DNA of 63,451 bases, filler included, from Octopus bimaculoides (taxonomy: Eukaryota), in the NCBI RefSeq assembly GCF_001194135.2. It is 10 parts of 10 records of this genome, joined end to end, with 100 filler letters (N's around TTAATTAATTAA, not from the genome) between each part and the next. Parts side by side here need not be neighbours in the genome. Positions count along the whole stretch, not along the records: positions 1 to 15,027 come from NC_068988.1; positions 15,128 to 18,190 come from NC_068998.1; positions 18,291 to 35,971 come from NC_068983.1; 7 more parts are not named here. One strand, 5' to 3'. Position numbers and translations under genes: made by a program. Numbering within the stretch: position 1 is the first letter of the stretch; each line of letters opens with the position of its first letter. The notes beneath the pieces were generated by a model. The model had not been told where the DNA came from and ran no database searches. It worked only from the letters and a program-made list of their open reading frames with translations. Below are positions 12,385-25,100 of this stretch, piece after piece.

Positions 12385-12780
12385 ACAGGAGTGACTGTGT
12401 GGTAAGTAGCTTGCTTACCATCCACATGGTTTCGAGTTCAGTCCCACTGCGTGGCACCTTAGGCAAGTGTCTTCTACTATAGCCTCGGGCCGACCAAAGC
12501 CTTGTGAGTGAATTTGGTAGACGGAAACTGAAAGAAGACCGTTGTATATATGTATATATATGTGTGTGTTTGTGTGTCTGTGTTTGTCTCCCCACCATCA
12601 CTTGACAACCGATGCTGGTGTGTTTATGTCCCCGTAACTTAGCGGTTCGGCAGAAGGAGACCGATAGAATAAGTACTAGGCTTACAAATAATAAGTGCTG
12701 GGATCGATTTTCTCGACTAAAGGCGGTGCTCCAGCATAGCCGAAGTCAAATGACTGAAACAAGCAAAAGAGTAAAAGAGT
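12385..12780 (+). mobile_element. tRNA-derived SINE, family A, full length
   Basis: A box, B-box-like GAGTTCAGTCCC, central (TA)/(TG) tract, 3' AAAAGAGT tail. Confidence 0.85.
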
Positions 12781-14289
12781 AATTTAAGTCAATGAAAACA
12801 ATGACTTCAGAAAAGGGTAAAAATATATTGATGTCCTTCATATAGTTGGAGAGAGTGTGAAATGGTTACCGAAGGCTGGAAAGAGCAGTACATACAGCAG
12901 AAGAATTTGGAGGAGTCAACAAAAGCTTTAGATAAGAGCAACTGGGAGGGGGGCGGTGAGCTGACGAAATCGTTAACTCGCGGGGTAAAATGCTTAGCAA
13001 CATTTCGTCCGTCTTTACGTCCTGGGTTCAAATACCAACGGGGTCGACTTTACCTTTCATCCTTTCGGGGGCTTATAAATAAGTTGCAGTTGATCATTGT
13101 AGCTGATATAATCGACTTGGTCCCTCCCACTGAAATTGCTGGCCTTGTGCTGAAATTTAAAACCAATATCCAGGTAGAAAGTGATAAGGAAACTAGATTC
13201 CAATTAGATGCCATTCTTAAAAGTGTCCCCCCCCCACCTGAACATCCCGTCCATTTCCTAAACGTTCAGGCGAACCTTTTCATTCGTTGCAAAGAGTATT
13301 TGTCTCTAGCTACTACCAACTGTTTTCAGTTTAATTTCACAATACATATAATCGTCAAACCTTCTTCAAAACATTTCTTCTCTACTCCACTAGTCTTACC
13401 ACGACATATAGAAATATGTATAGAAATAGTTTCCGACATTTTCAATCTATTGACACCACCGTTCGTTCANNNNNNNNNNNNNNNNNNNNNNNNNNNNNNN
13501 NNNNNNNNNNNNNNNNNNNNNNNNNNNNNNNNNNNNNNNNNNNNNNNNNNNNNNNNNNNNNNNNNNNNNNNNNNNNNNNNNNNNNNNNNNNNNNNNNNNN
13601 NNNNNNNNNNNNNNNNNNNNNNNNNNNNNNNNNNNNNNNNNNNNNNNNNNNNNNNNNNNNNNNNNNNNNNNNNNNNNNNNNNNNNNNNNNNNNNNNNNNN
13701 NNNNNNNNNNNNNNNNNNNNNNNNNNNNNNNNNNNNNNNNNNNNNNNNNNNNNNNNNNNNNNNNNNNNNNNNNNNNNNNNNNNNNNNNNNNNNNNNNNNN
13801 NNNNNNNNNNNNNNNNNNNNNNNNNNNNNNNNNNNNNNNNNNNNNNNNNNNNNNNNNNNNNNNNNNNNNNNNNNNNNNNNNNNNNNNNNNNNNNNNNNNN
13901 NNNNNNNNNNNNNNNNNNNNNNNNNNNNNNNNNNNNNNNNNNNNNNNNNNNNNNNNNNNNNNNNNNNNNNNNNNNNNNNNNNNNNNNNNNNNNNNNNNNN
14001 NNNNNNNNNNNNNNNNNNNNNNNNNNNNNNNNNNNNNNNNNNNNNNNNNNNNNNNNNNNNNNNNNNNNNNNNNNNNNNNNNNNNNNNNNNNNNNNNNNNN
14101 NNNNNNNNNNNNNNNNNNNNNNNNNNNNNNNNNNNNNNNNNNNNNNNNNNNNNNNNNNNNNNNNNNNNNNNNNNNNNNNNNNNNNNNNNNNNNNNNNNNN
14201 NNNNNNNNNNNNNNNNNNNNNNNNNNNNNNNNNNNNNNNNNNAAAGCGACAACTTTCTCAAAGAAACTCTCAGAGTCAATAAGAATCAA

Positions 14290-14715
14290 TTGGCTGGTCT
14301 GATCAAGATGACCTTCCATTCGGAGACTAGGGATGCCTTTCAGAAATCTTGCAAAGAAATGCATTCCGACGGGATCGTGTAAGATGCGCAAATGAGAGAC
14401 GAAACCTTTCTGCTTGTACTCGTTCTGTGTTCTGCTATTGCTGAGAAATTAAGTTTTCTTCATGTGCATATAGGACGGATGCGACTATCAAGAGAATCTA
14501 TCGTGAAAATCGCCCGTTGCTTCTTTTGATAGGAAAGAGCAGGAAGATTTCTTCTGTCTGGTGGCTATAATGAGAGAGATGTTGAGTGGTAACACGAGTG
14601 AAAGTACAGGAAAGATTTTTCCTGTTCGGTCACGTCTTCATCGACTGCTTCAAGTTGTGTTTGGAGAGGAAAAAGAAGCCGAAGAAGCAAGTGTTGTCCA
14701 GCTCTATAGTAAATT
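14290..14715 (+). mobile_element. Tx1-like LINE C-terminal fragment (duplicate copy 2)
   Basis: Shares long identical stretches with 10056-10465, e.g. GAAACCTTTCTGCTTGTACTCGTTCTGTGTTCTGCTATTGCTGAGAAATTAA. Confidence 0.55.
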
Positions 14716-15027
14716 TATTGTTGTTGTTGTTGGCACTCCGTCGCTTACGATGTCGAGGGTTCCAGTTGATCCGATCAACGGAACAGCCTGCTCGTGAAAT
14801 TAACGTGCAAGTGGCTGAGCACTCCACAGACACGTGTACCCTTAACATAGTTCTCGGGGATATTCAGCATGATACAGTGTGACAAGGCTGACCCTTTGAA
14901 TTACAGGCACAACAGAAACAAGAAGTAAGAGTGAGAGAAAGTTGTGGTGGAAGAGTACAGTAGGGTTCACCACCATCCCCTGCCGGAGCCTCGTGGAGCT
15001 TTAGGTGTTTTCGCTCAACAAACACTC

Positions 15028-15127
15028 NNNNNNNNNNNNNNNNNNNNNNNNNNNNNNNNNNNNNNNNNNNNTTAATTAATTAANNNNNNNNNNNNNNNNN
15101 NNNNNNNNNNNNNNNNNNNNNNNNNNN
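15028..15127. other. Artificial assembly linker 44N-TTAATTAATTAA-44N (one of nine)
   Basis: Identical 100-bp blocks at 15028, 18191, 35972, 44368, 50260, 52735, 56835, 58169 and 59908; TTAATTAATTAA gives stops in all six frames. Confidence 0.95.
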
Positions 15128-15162
<35 letters not shown>

Positions 15163-15602
15163 TATATGCATATATATAGATATATATACACATATATATA
15201 TATACATATATAAATGTGAGTGTGTGCATATATATATATGCATATATATTTAATATTTATATTATATATATCCATTTCCAAGTATATACACACACACACA
15301 CATACTTGTGTGTGTGTGTGTGTGTGTATATATTTCCCACCTCGGCTTAGCGACTGATGTCAGTGCGTTTATGTCACCGTAACCTAGCGGTTCGGCAAAA
15401 GAGATCGATAAGTATAAGAAGCCGGCTTAAGAATGAAAACTAAAATGTACTGGGGTAGACTAAAACAAGCAAGGCACAAAAGATAACACACACACACACA
15501 CACACATGCACACACACACACACGCATGCACACACACACACACATCCACACACACACATGCAATGGGTGACTTTGTACATACATGTATGTAAGCGTACGT
15601 GT

Positions 15603-15657
<55 letters not shown>

Positions 15658-17671
15658 TGTCTGTCTGTCTGTGTGAGTGTGTGTCTGTGTGTGTCTGTGT
15701 TTGTACAAATGTCCGAATGGAAGTGTACTCAGAAAAATAAAGTCAAGGAAATATTTCAATCATCATATATGTTACGACAATTGCAAATTCAGATCTTGTG
15801 TTTCAAATCCCACTGAAGCCACCCTGGTGAATTAACTAACTACAAATAAAGAGGGTGTTGCTACATTTCACTAAACCCATAAATAGAATTTGATCACTTT
15901 CAGAACACTTGATATAAATACACACATGTATATATATAGACATGTGNNNNNNNNNNNNNNNNNNNNNNNNNNNNNNNNNNNNNNNNNNNNNNNNNNNNNN
16001 NNNNNNNNNNNNNNNNNNNNNNNNNNNNNNNNNNNNNNNNNNNNNNNNNNNNNNNNNNNNNNNNNNNNNNNNNNNNNNNNNNNNNNNNNNNNNNNNNNNN
16101 NNNNNNNNNNNNNNNNNNNNNNNNNNNNNNNNNNNNNNNNNNNNNNNNNNNNNNNNNNNNNNNNNNNNNNNNNNNNNNNNNNNNNNNNNNNNNNNNNNNN
16201 NNNNNNNNNNNNNNNNNNNNNNNNNNNNNNNNNNNNNNNNNNNNNNNNNNNNNNNNNNNNNNNNNNNNNNNNNNNNNNNNNNNNNNNNNNNNNNNNNNNN
16301 NNNNNNNNNNNNNNNNNNNNNNNNNNNNNNNNNNNNNNNNNNNNNNNNNNNNNNNNNNNNNNNNNNNNNNNNNNNNNNNNNNNNNNNNNNNNNNNNNNNN
16401 NNNATATATATATATATATACGCGCAGATGAACTTCACAGATGAACCGCTAAGCGAGGTATTTTCTTCTTTTGTGTGTGTTACACGACTCCATCCGATTT
16501 GTTTAGGAATAATGTCCCTTCATCTTTACATACATATATACACAAACACATAAATACGACAAACACACACTCTCACACACAATCGTGCACACGATAGCGG
16601 TTTCGATTCCCAGCCCGGGCGTTGTGTGTGCTTATTGACCGAAAACACCTCAAGTTCCACGAGGCTCCGGCAGTGGGTGGTGGCGACCCCTGTTGTACTC
16701 TTTCGCCCCAACTTTCTCTCACTCTTTATGTTCTGAGTTCAAATTTCGCCGAGGTTGACTTTGTCTTTCATCCTTTCGGGGTCGATAAATTAAGTACCAG
16801 TTGCATACTGGAGTCGATCTAATTGCCTGGCGTCCTCCACCAAAATTTCGAGTCTTGTGCCTAGAGTAGAAAAGAATATATAATATATAGTATATACACA
16901 TAAATACACACACACACTCATGCACGCACACACACACACACATGTATAGGTTTTGTGATACAATCATGAACGTAGAATTCCGAATTCCCATGTGGTTGGG
17001 AAACAATCTTCTTACCACGGTAAATAATAATAACAAGAAATTCGTTCAGATTTTGGTACAAGGTTACAATTTTATGAGTGGTGCTTATTTTATTTGCCCA
17101 GGAGCGATGAAAGTCAATGGTGACAATCGGCGGTATTCGAACGCAGATCGTAAAATGCCGCAAGAAATGCCGTCCTCTAAGAATCTTGTCCAGAGCGGTT
17201 AACGACTCTGTCAGCTCGCGGGCCGCAGAAAAGAAAAGAAAAGAAAAGATTTATGTAGTGAGAAAAGCAACGTAATGAAAATGGGAGAAACAAGCACATC
17301 AACAACAACAACAACGACAACAATAACAGCAGCAACTACTACTACTACTGCTGCTGCTGCCACAACACAAACCGCAATAATCGGACGAGAATAGGAAAGA
17401 AACGGCCGTGTCATTAGCGCGTCTTTCTGCTCAATAGACGAATCTGTTAGAATGCGAAGTCGCCTGAATGTATCGGTCTGTCTTTCATCTGTGCATGGTG
17501 CATTTCCTGCCGTGGGTTGAACTGACACAGAATACCATTCCGCCGGAAGTAGTTAACATCTTATAACAACGCTCTATGCTTATCTACTTTTACTTTTATC
17601 TTTATAGGAATCCATGTCTGCCTGCCTGCCTGCCTGCCTGCCTCCCTGTCTGTCTATCTGTCTGTCTGTCG

Positions 17672-17710
<39 letters not shown>

Positions 17711-17999
17711 CCATATCCGTGGTGACATATTTACAGTCTCTTGTTTTAAATTCTTGATTCATCGCTGCGATATATAGATTGATAGACAGATACATAGTTA
17801 CATATACTTACATTCAAATATATATATTATACGCAGGAGTGGCTGTGTGGTAAGTAGCTTGCTTACCAACCACATGGTTTCGGGTTCAGTCCCACTAGTG
17901 GCACCTTGGGCAAGTGTCTTCAACCAAATCCTCGGGTCAACGAAAGCCTTGTGAGTGGATTAGGTAGACGGAAACTGAAAGAATCCCGTCGTATATATG

Positions 18000-18038
<39 letters not shown>

Positions 18039-18362
18039 GTTATCGCCAAGCCAACATGACAGTCCCAAAATTAGGACGAAAGCTGCCGTGAATTAGCTCC
18101 AAGAAGCCATCGCCTCTAGCTAGCTATGTGACACACGAACCTGTGTCCTTTATAACCTTCGAACAGGGGAGGTCAGCAGTGTCCCCCTGCNNNNNNNNNN
18201 NNNNNNNNNNNNNNNNNNNNNNNNNNNNNNNNNNTTAATTAATTAANNNNNNNNNNNNNNNNNNNNNNNNNNNNNNNNNNNNNNNNNNNNATGTCAGATT
18301 TTGGGTGGTGCATCCTATATCCTGTCATTATTTTTCTTCTTCTTCTTCTTCTTCTTCTTCTT

Positions 18363-18469
<107 letters not shown>

Positions 18470-18477
18470 CATTATTA

Positions 18478-18875
18478 TTCAGTAGTTTTAATATTATAGC
18501 GTGCTCTCACCTCACTACCGAGCGCAGCTCTGTGTACCTTGGGTATGTGCTATGGTTTGCTGTGATGCTCTTATTGTTACTGTATGGAAAGTGTTTTGCG
18601 TTGGATGTGTGCATAGCCCAGTAGTGCAATTTTCTGTATGTTATATATATTTGTAAATCCTGGTGTTTTTGTTTTGTATTTGTCTGAATATTTTTTTATC
18701 ATACCTAATGCACCTACTATGATAGGAATTGTTTCTGTGTTTAGATGCCACATTCGAGTTACCTCTATTTCCAGGTCTTTGTATTTTGAAATGTTCTCCA
18801 TTTATTTTAGAAAAACGTTGTCTTATGCTGTTATTGATACATCAATTAGGACGCATTTTTTTCTTCATAATCTCT
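18478..18875 (-). mobile_element. R4/Dong-like LINE 3' end (RLE C-terminus and UTR)
   Basis: ISKYKDLEIEVTRMWHLNTETIPIIVGALGMIKK...IQKIALLGYAHIQRKTLSIQ*, then a UTR and a long (AAT)n tail. Confidence 0.8.
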
Positions 18876-20945
18876 GACAACTATATCTGGCCTTTTGGGT
18901 TCAATAAAATAAGTACCAGTTGAGCTCTGTGGTTGATTTCATCAATGTAGCTCCGAAATTTCTGTCTTTGTACCAAAACCTGAAAGTATTATTATTATTA
19001 TGAAATATTAGTGGATGTATAAGAGTTCGAAAGAGGATCCAATTTGCCTATCTTGGGTTTTCAAAGGAGGTGTCTGCTTCCATACAAACGCAGGATTTAC
19101 CAGAAATATCAACCAAGTCCTTCTGATATTACACAATCCTGTCGCCAAAAGTAAGGATGCATTAGATAACAGTTTCATAAATGTACAACGTCTAAATAAG
19201 ACGGGATGACCCTGCTAGAATACACTTGATGTAGGCTTCTTTGATCAGGGCTGACCTACAGAAAAGTACAGGAACACTATAATGCTCTTCAACATACATA
19301 GAAACTTATTAAAAGCTAAGGGTGATATCCTATAATTTTGGAGCAGAAACAGAGCAAAATACTTTATTTTCAATTATGTTCCTTTTCATACAATCTCCTG
19401 CTGGTAATACGTGCTTAAATATAGGCCTCAATAAGTGCGCATATGTCATTTTCGCGCTTGGTTTCATCAGACAAGTACACGCTACTTCATTTCTAGATAA
19501 ATGAATAAACATCTACGATGTGACAGGCTATTTTGATTACAATTTTGTGTTAAAGACTTGCCTTCGTATAATTTTTCATGCGCCTCGAATGTTTCATCGG
19601 TTGCACGAGTATGAATCTTATAATAATCTTGCGTGTCACTCCGTTACTTAGCCCGACCGAAACGCTTCAACGTGATTAGGTGAAGGAATGAGGGGAGAGT
19701 GGGGGTGGGAGTGGAAGAAGCGGGAGGGGATGTGGGGAAGAGGAGAAGTTGTGTGAGGGTAGAGTTGGGAAGGGAGGGGAGATAGGTGATGGGAGGAAGA
19801 GGGAGAGGAGTTGATGAGTAAAATGCGTTAAATTTTTATTTTTGTACTAAGCATTTTTCCACCGTTATTTAGCCCGTCTGTAACGTTTTCATGCGATTAG
19901 TTGAAGGGAAAAGCAAAGAGCGAAAGAAAAAGGAGAAAATGAGAGTAAGGCGAAGAGTGAGAGAGAAAGAGAGGAGAGTGTCGTGTATTAAGTCTATAAA
20001 ATTGTGCATAAATTTGATAAAATGTATATATAAAGTGCATTAAGTAATCATCGAATTCCAATTTCCATCACTTTTCAATAATTAGTAGATGGGCGACTAT
20101 CTTTTGATACGGACACAACAAAGGCTACGCTTTCAGGTTTTTGGATAAAGTTTTCAGAAACAGACCAATAAATTTCCTATTAATATTCACGGATCCCTCT
20201 AGTTAATGTTATCCACGAAAATAATCTTCTAGAGAAAATTATCAAAATGCGTTGTAGATAGCACAATATCATTTCAGAATAACTTCAATATTGAGGAGTA
20301 TAAGAGTCTGCAAAGCAGTGGATGAAATACTTTCGAATCGGTTCAAATTCCAGTAAGACTATCTTTTATTTTCTTTCTTCAGAGATTTATAAAATAACTA
20401 TTAACTTATGAATCAATATAATCGATTATATTCTTCCCTAAAACTTTTGGCATTGTGCCTTAGATAGAAGTTAATATTTCAATATAATGAATATTGGTGA
20501 GATCTTTTTTGAATATTTGCCCATTACATTAATTGCAAAAATGAGATACATTTGAAACAACTGAAAAACAACATGCGCTTCTGTAAAAATTAACTGTCAA
20601 GTTGAGGGGAACAATTTTGTTCAAATTGGTTGAAAAGTAATGCATGTATTTAGTGTTTGCAAGAACTGCACGTTCTATACTCAGAAGTCATATGGAGCTT
20701 AAGTACATATAATAATTGATACGCGTAAACATGTTAGTCACTGAATGAGATGGGAGTCTGGAGTAAAGGAAAACGACTTAAAATGAGTTCAGTAAATCCA
20801 CTTTGTAAATCAAGCTTTCATGACATCCCTCTGGTTTCACAGAAGAAGTGATCTTCAGGAATATACATGTATACAAGCATACATACATACATACATACAC
20901 ACATACATACATACATACATACATACATACATACATACATACAAT

Positions 20946-20976
<31 letters not shown>

Positions 20977-21159
20977 AATTATGGGGGTTTAGTTCACAAG
21001 TGATCCAAACGATTAAATAAGCTTCGTAAGTGCTGTAACGGATTACTGGGGCTCCAAGGTATTTATGGAGCCATTGCTACAGAGATGGTAGTTATGGAGC
21101 CATTGCAAATATCCGATGCAGAGGATATATAATTATTAAACACGACAGCAAACATTTAA

Positions 21160-21385
21160 GGCAAGGCAAATATCTCAAGTCATATACATCCTTCTCCTTA
21201 TTCTTTTACTCCCTTCCTCTGTGTCGTCATCTTATTAATATATACCACATCCATTTTCCCTATTTTTCACTATTTCTCTCTGACGAATGAATATCTCATA
21301 CTCGGAGATATCCCAGAAACAACTGTAAGATTTTGAATTTCTTCCTATAATAATATTGTATATGACTTGAAATGTTTGCATTGCC
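21160..21385. mobile_element. TIR mini-element flanked by TTAA, containing a hammerhead-like motif
   Basis: 29-bp TIRs (GGCAAGGCAAATATCTCAAGTCATATACA versus reverse complement GGCAATGCAAACATTTCAAGTCATATACA, 3 mismatches); TTAA at 21156-21159 and 21386-21389. Confidence 0.7.
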
Positions 21386-21539
21386 TTAACTTTTGCTGTC
21401 CTGCTTAACAATTATATATATATATATATATATNNNNNNNNNNNNNNNNNNNNNNNNNNNNNNNNNNNNNNNNNNNNNNNNNNNNNNNNNNNNNNNNNNN
21501 NNNNNNNNNNNNNNNNNNNNNNNNNNNNNNNNNNNNNNN

Positions 21540-21597
<58 letters not shown>

Positions 21598-22152
21598 TTA
21601 TTATTAAGGCGGTGAGCTGTCAGAAGAGCTAGCACGCCGGGTGGAGTGCTTAGCAGTATTTCTCCCATCGCTACGTTCTGAGTTCAAATTCCACCGAGGT
21701 CGATTTTGCCTTTCAGCTTTTTAGGTTCGATAGATTAAGTACAAGTGAAACACTGGGGTCAATATAATCGACTAGTCCCCTTGCTCAAATTACAGACCTC
21801 GTGCTAATATTAGAAAGGATTATTATTTCTATTAACCATATATATATATATATATATATATGAGGCATACGCGTCAAGTATTTACCGCTAGGCTGCTTTA
21901 GCATGGTGGAGAATACTCTCCCAAAGAACCGAGCACTAAAACACTGTAGAATCATGGAGAGGTGAGATAACTCAGCTTCTCTCCCATCTAGGAGTGATGG
22001 ACATCAAATTTTCGCTATTTTTGTGGCTTGTCAACATATACCCGTCCAGGATCGGAGGTGAACCATCTACGACCTATGTGCTCAAGGCCATATATAGATG
22101 AGTCTATGCGGATGTGCGTGTGCGTGTGTATGTATGTATGTATGTATGTATG

Positions 22153-22184
<32 letters not shown>

Positions 22185-25100
22185 CGTATGTGTGTGTGTG
22201 TATGTATATATATATATGTATATATATATATACATGTATATATATGCATATATATATATATGTATAGTTGTGTGTGTGTGTATATATACATACATACATA
22301 CTTTTGAGTGTAATGGTGGATGTTAATAAGTGCATAAGTTAGTATGCAAATCGTTATATAAAGTGTAATGTACTCATACATTAGCATGTAAGGTAGCCTA
22401 TATAAATAACTACGCACGTCTGTCGCATACATTCATATAAGTCGAATACATTTTGTACATATGTATACACGCCAATATCGAGACATATGTTACGAAAAGA
22501 AAAATGCAACTATTGAATATTTGATTAGAGCTATCTTGAATTGCTCAGCAATCACAAGTTTGCTATTTCATATTCCTCTATTCAAAATTCTGCAATAAAC
22601 TTTCGTTAAGAAACATTACTGACAAGCTCCCATTATCTATATATTATCTAGGTGGACTTCAGAGAAGTTGAATTGAAGATTCTGATGTCAGCAGTAGTGG
22701 TAACATTAGTAGGAAGCATCAACAGCAAAAACGAAAACAGAAATTATGGTAGCAGCACCAGTTGCAACTCACTCGGCAGTAGTAGCATAAAATAATTCAT
22801 TCACATACTTTATGTGCAAACACATCAATGATACAAGATTAAGAAATAAAATAAGAAATTCCTAAAAGACTTTTCGACTAACGATACAGATCAAATGTGT
22901 GAATATTTCGGTCTATAGTTTTCACACGCCTGGAAGTGATGTGCATACGTGACATTGAGTTTATGCTTACTAGTAAATGTTGTGTTATCTTGTAGCTGGA
23001 GAAAGAGGAGTAGAAAATAAGGAAGTATTTGAAATTGCGACAAAATACATTACATCAATTTATATCAGTAAAAATAAATGTTTTAGTCAATATAAGATAA
23101 GAGTCTTTTTAAGTTAGTGATAGTTCATTTGGCAAAATTAAGCCTACATTTTTCTGCAGAATCCGAATAATTAGCATAAGCGACAAAATCATTATTACTG
23201 AACACAAATAAGTTTCTAGTGTTATACTTATTTATCCATCAACATTAATTATGATTGTAAATGTTTAAGCTTAATTTTCTTATCATTCTAAATTTCCCAA
23301 TCTACACATAAATTCATCTAGGTTAATTGTAAAATGCGTTACATTGTACTAAAATCTGCTGGTTTTGTCGTTGAATGTGAATATGGTTAAACACCCGTCA
23401 GTTATTTAATATCTTACGAATAATATGATGAACACTTATGCAATCGTATAAACGGGGATAATGCATATTGTGTTGTGATAAATGTTTCGAAAATCTCAGT
23501 ATCAGAAATATAATTTCATATCATTTTCATTACTATTGAAACATTATTGAAAATGCATATGAGTTGAGGAAATTCTCAAGTGACTCAGTTATAAGTTGTG
23601 ATAATAGTTATTTACTACAGAATGCAACGACAAAAGAGGTAACTGTGTCCATACTGAAGCACTAAACAACATATATAATGAATAGTTAGAGGTCGTTGTC
23701 AATTCAAGATGCACAGTGTAAATATTGTTACTGTGCAATAAACTATCAATTTTCATCTCATAATTATAGATTAGAAAATCTAGAATCAGAGTGAATATAT
23801 AGTATTATTTATCTTTTAATTGAGGAGATAGTGGGTAGTTTCAACTTCTGAGGAAAGACTATTTATATATTTGGGGATGGTCATTTTGACAATAATACAT
23901 AAAACTAACTGTTCATTCCACACAATATATTTATATGTTCAAAGCGCACACAATATTGGTTTCAAATTTTGGCACAAGAGCAGGAAGTTCAAAGGAAGGT
24001 TTAAGTTGATTATATCGACCCCGGTACACAACTGGTACCTATTTTATTACACCCGAAAGGATGGAGGGAAAAGTCAACCTTTTCGGAATTTTAACTTAGA
24101 ATGTAAAGGTGAATGAAATGCCGCTAAGTATTTTGCCCGACATGCAAACAATACTGCCAGCTCGCCGTCCTCAGTGCACATATAAATATCTGTTTCAAAT
24201 TTTGACACAAGGACAGTAGTTACGTGTGGAGGTGGGATAAGTCGATTAAATCGACTCCAGTGCTCAACTGGTACTTATTTCATCGATCTGAAAGGGCGAA
24301 AGGCAAAGTTGAGCCCGGAGAAATTTGAATTCAAAGCGTAAACACGGATGAAATTCCCCTGAGCATTTTACGTGCTACTATTCTGCTTGCACGCCGCCTT
24401 CAGACCACATAACATTACAGAAAAAGAAACAACGAAGAACATACCTTACTTCTCGGCAGCATAACGAAGTTTTCAAATGTACTGCAGTTTGCCTTCTTAA
24501 TACACATAACTCCATTCCACATGTTACTGCTAATAATTTTAAAACTCAGTAATCCCAAATTACCCCCAAAACAGGTCTAAAATTTAGGTCAGCAGAACAA
24601 AAGTTGTTGACCAGTGTTATGCCACATACTACTAACATTATTTTACACATTACTAGACTTCTTTCAGCAGCTACTCGCCATTAGTTTGAGAAAAACATTT
24701 ACGGTGGAATATATTTGAATGTTACTAGATTAAAACCTCCTTAATTAAGAATGCAAATATTCCATTTACTGTAGAAATGTCAAGTTTGATCAAATGTCTA
24801 ATATACTTAGAATATATAGTCGAGATTACAGTTAACATAAACAAAGCCAACGATGAAAACATATCGAATTCAGTATCGTTTTATAATGATTAACTGTTAC
24901 AATTCCTAAGTGAGTTTTCATGGAAATCTAGCCTAGTTAGAAAATACAAAGTAATTAGATGCTTATGTTTTTCAAATAATAATTACAGCGGTACGAGAGA
25001 TTTGGGTCGGTGGTACAAAAATTATGTTGTATTTCTGTAGATTTCCTCTCTCTTTTTATATACTTCATTTATTTTTCTCCGTGTCTTTAGTCTCGATATA

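Noticed and set aside
12385-12460. tRNA-like A/B boxes here, in other SINE heads and at 40815-40860
   Set aside because: They are SINE or repeat heads without a full cloverleaf, not tRNA genes.
18235-18246. Recurrent TTAATTAATTAA as a biological motif
   Set aside because: It is always centred in exactly 44+44 N, so it is a synthetic linker.
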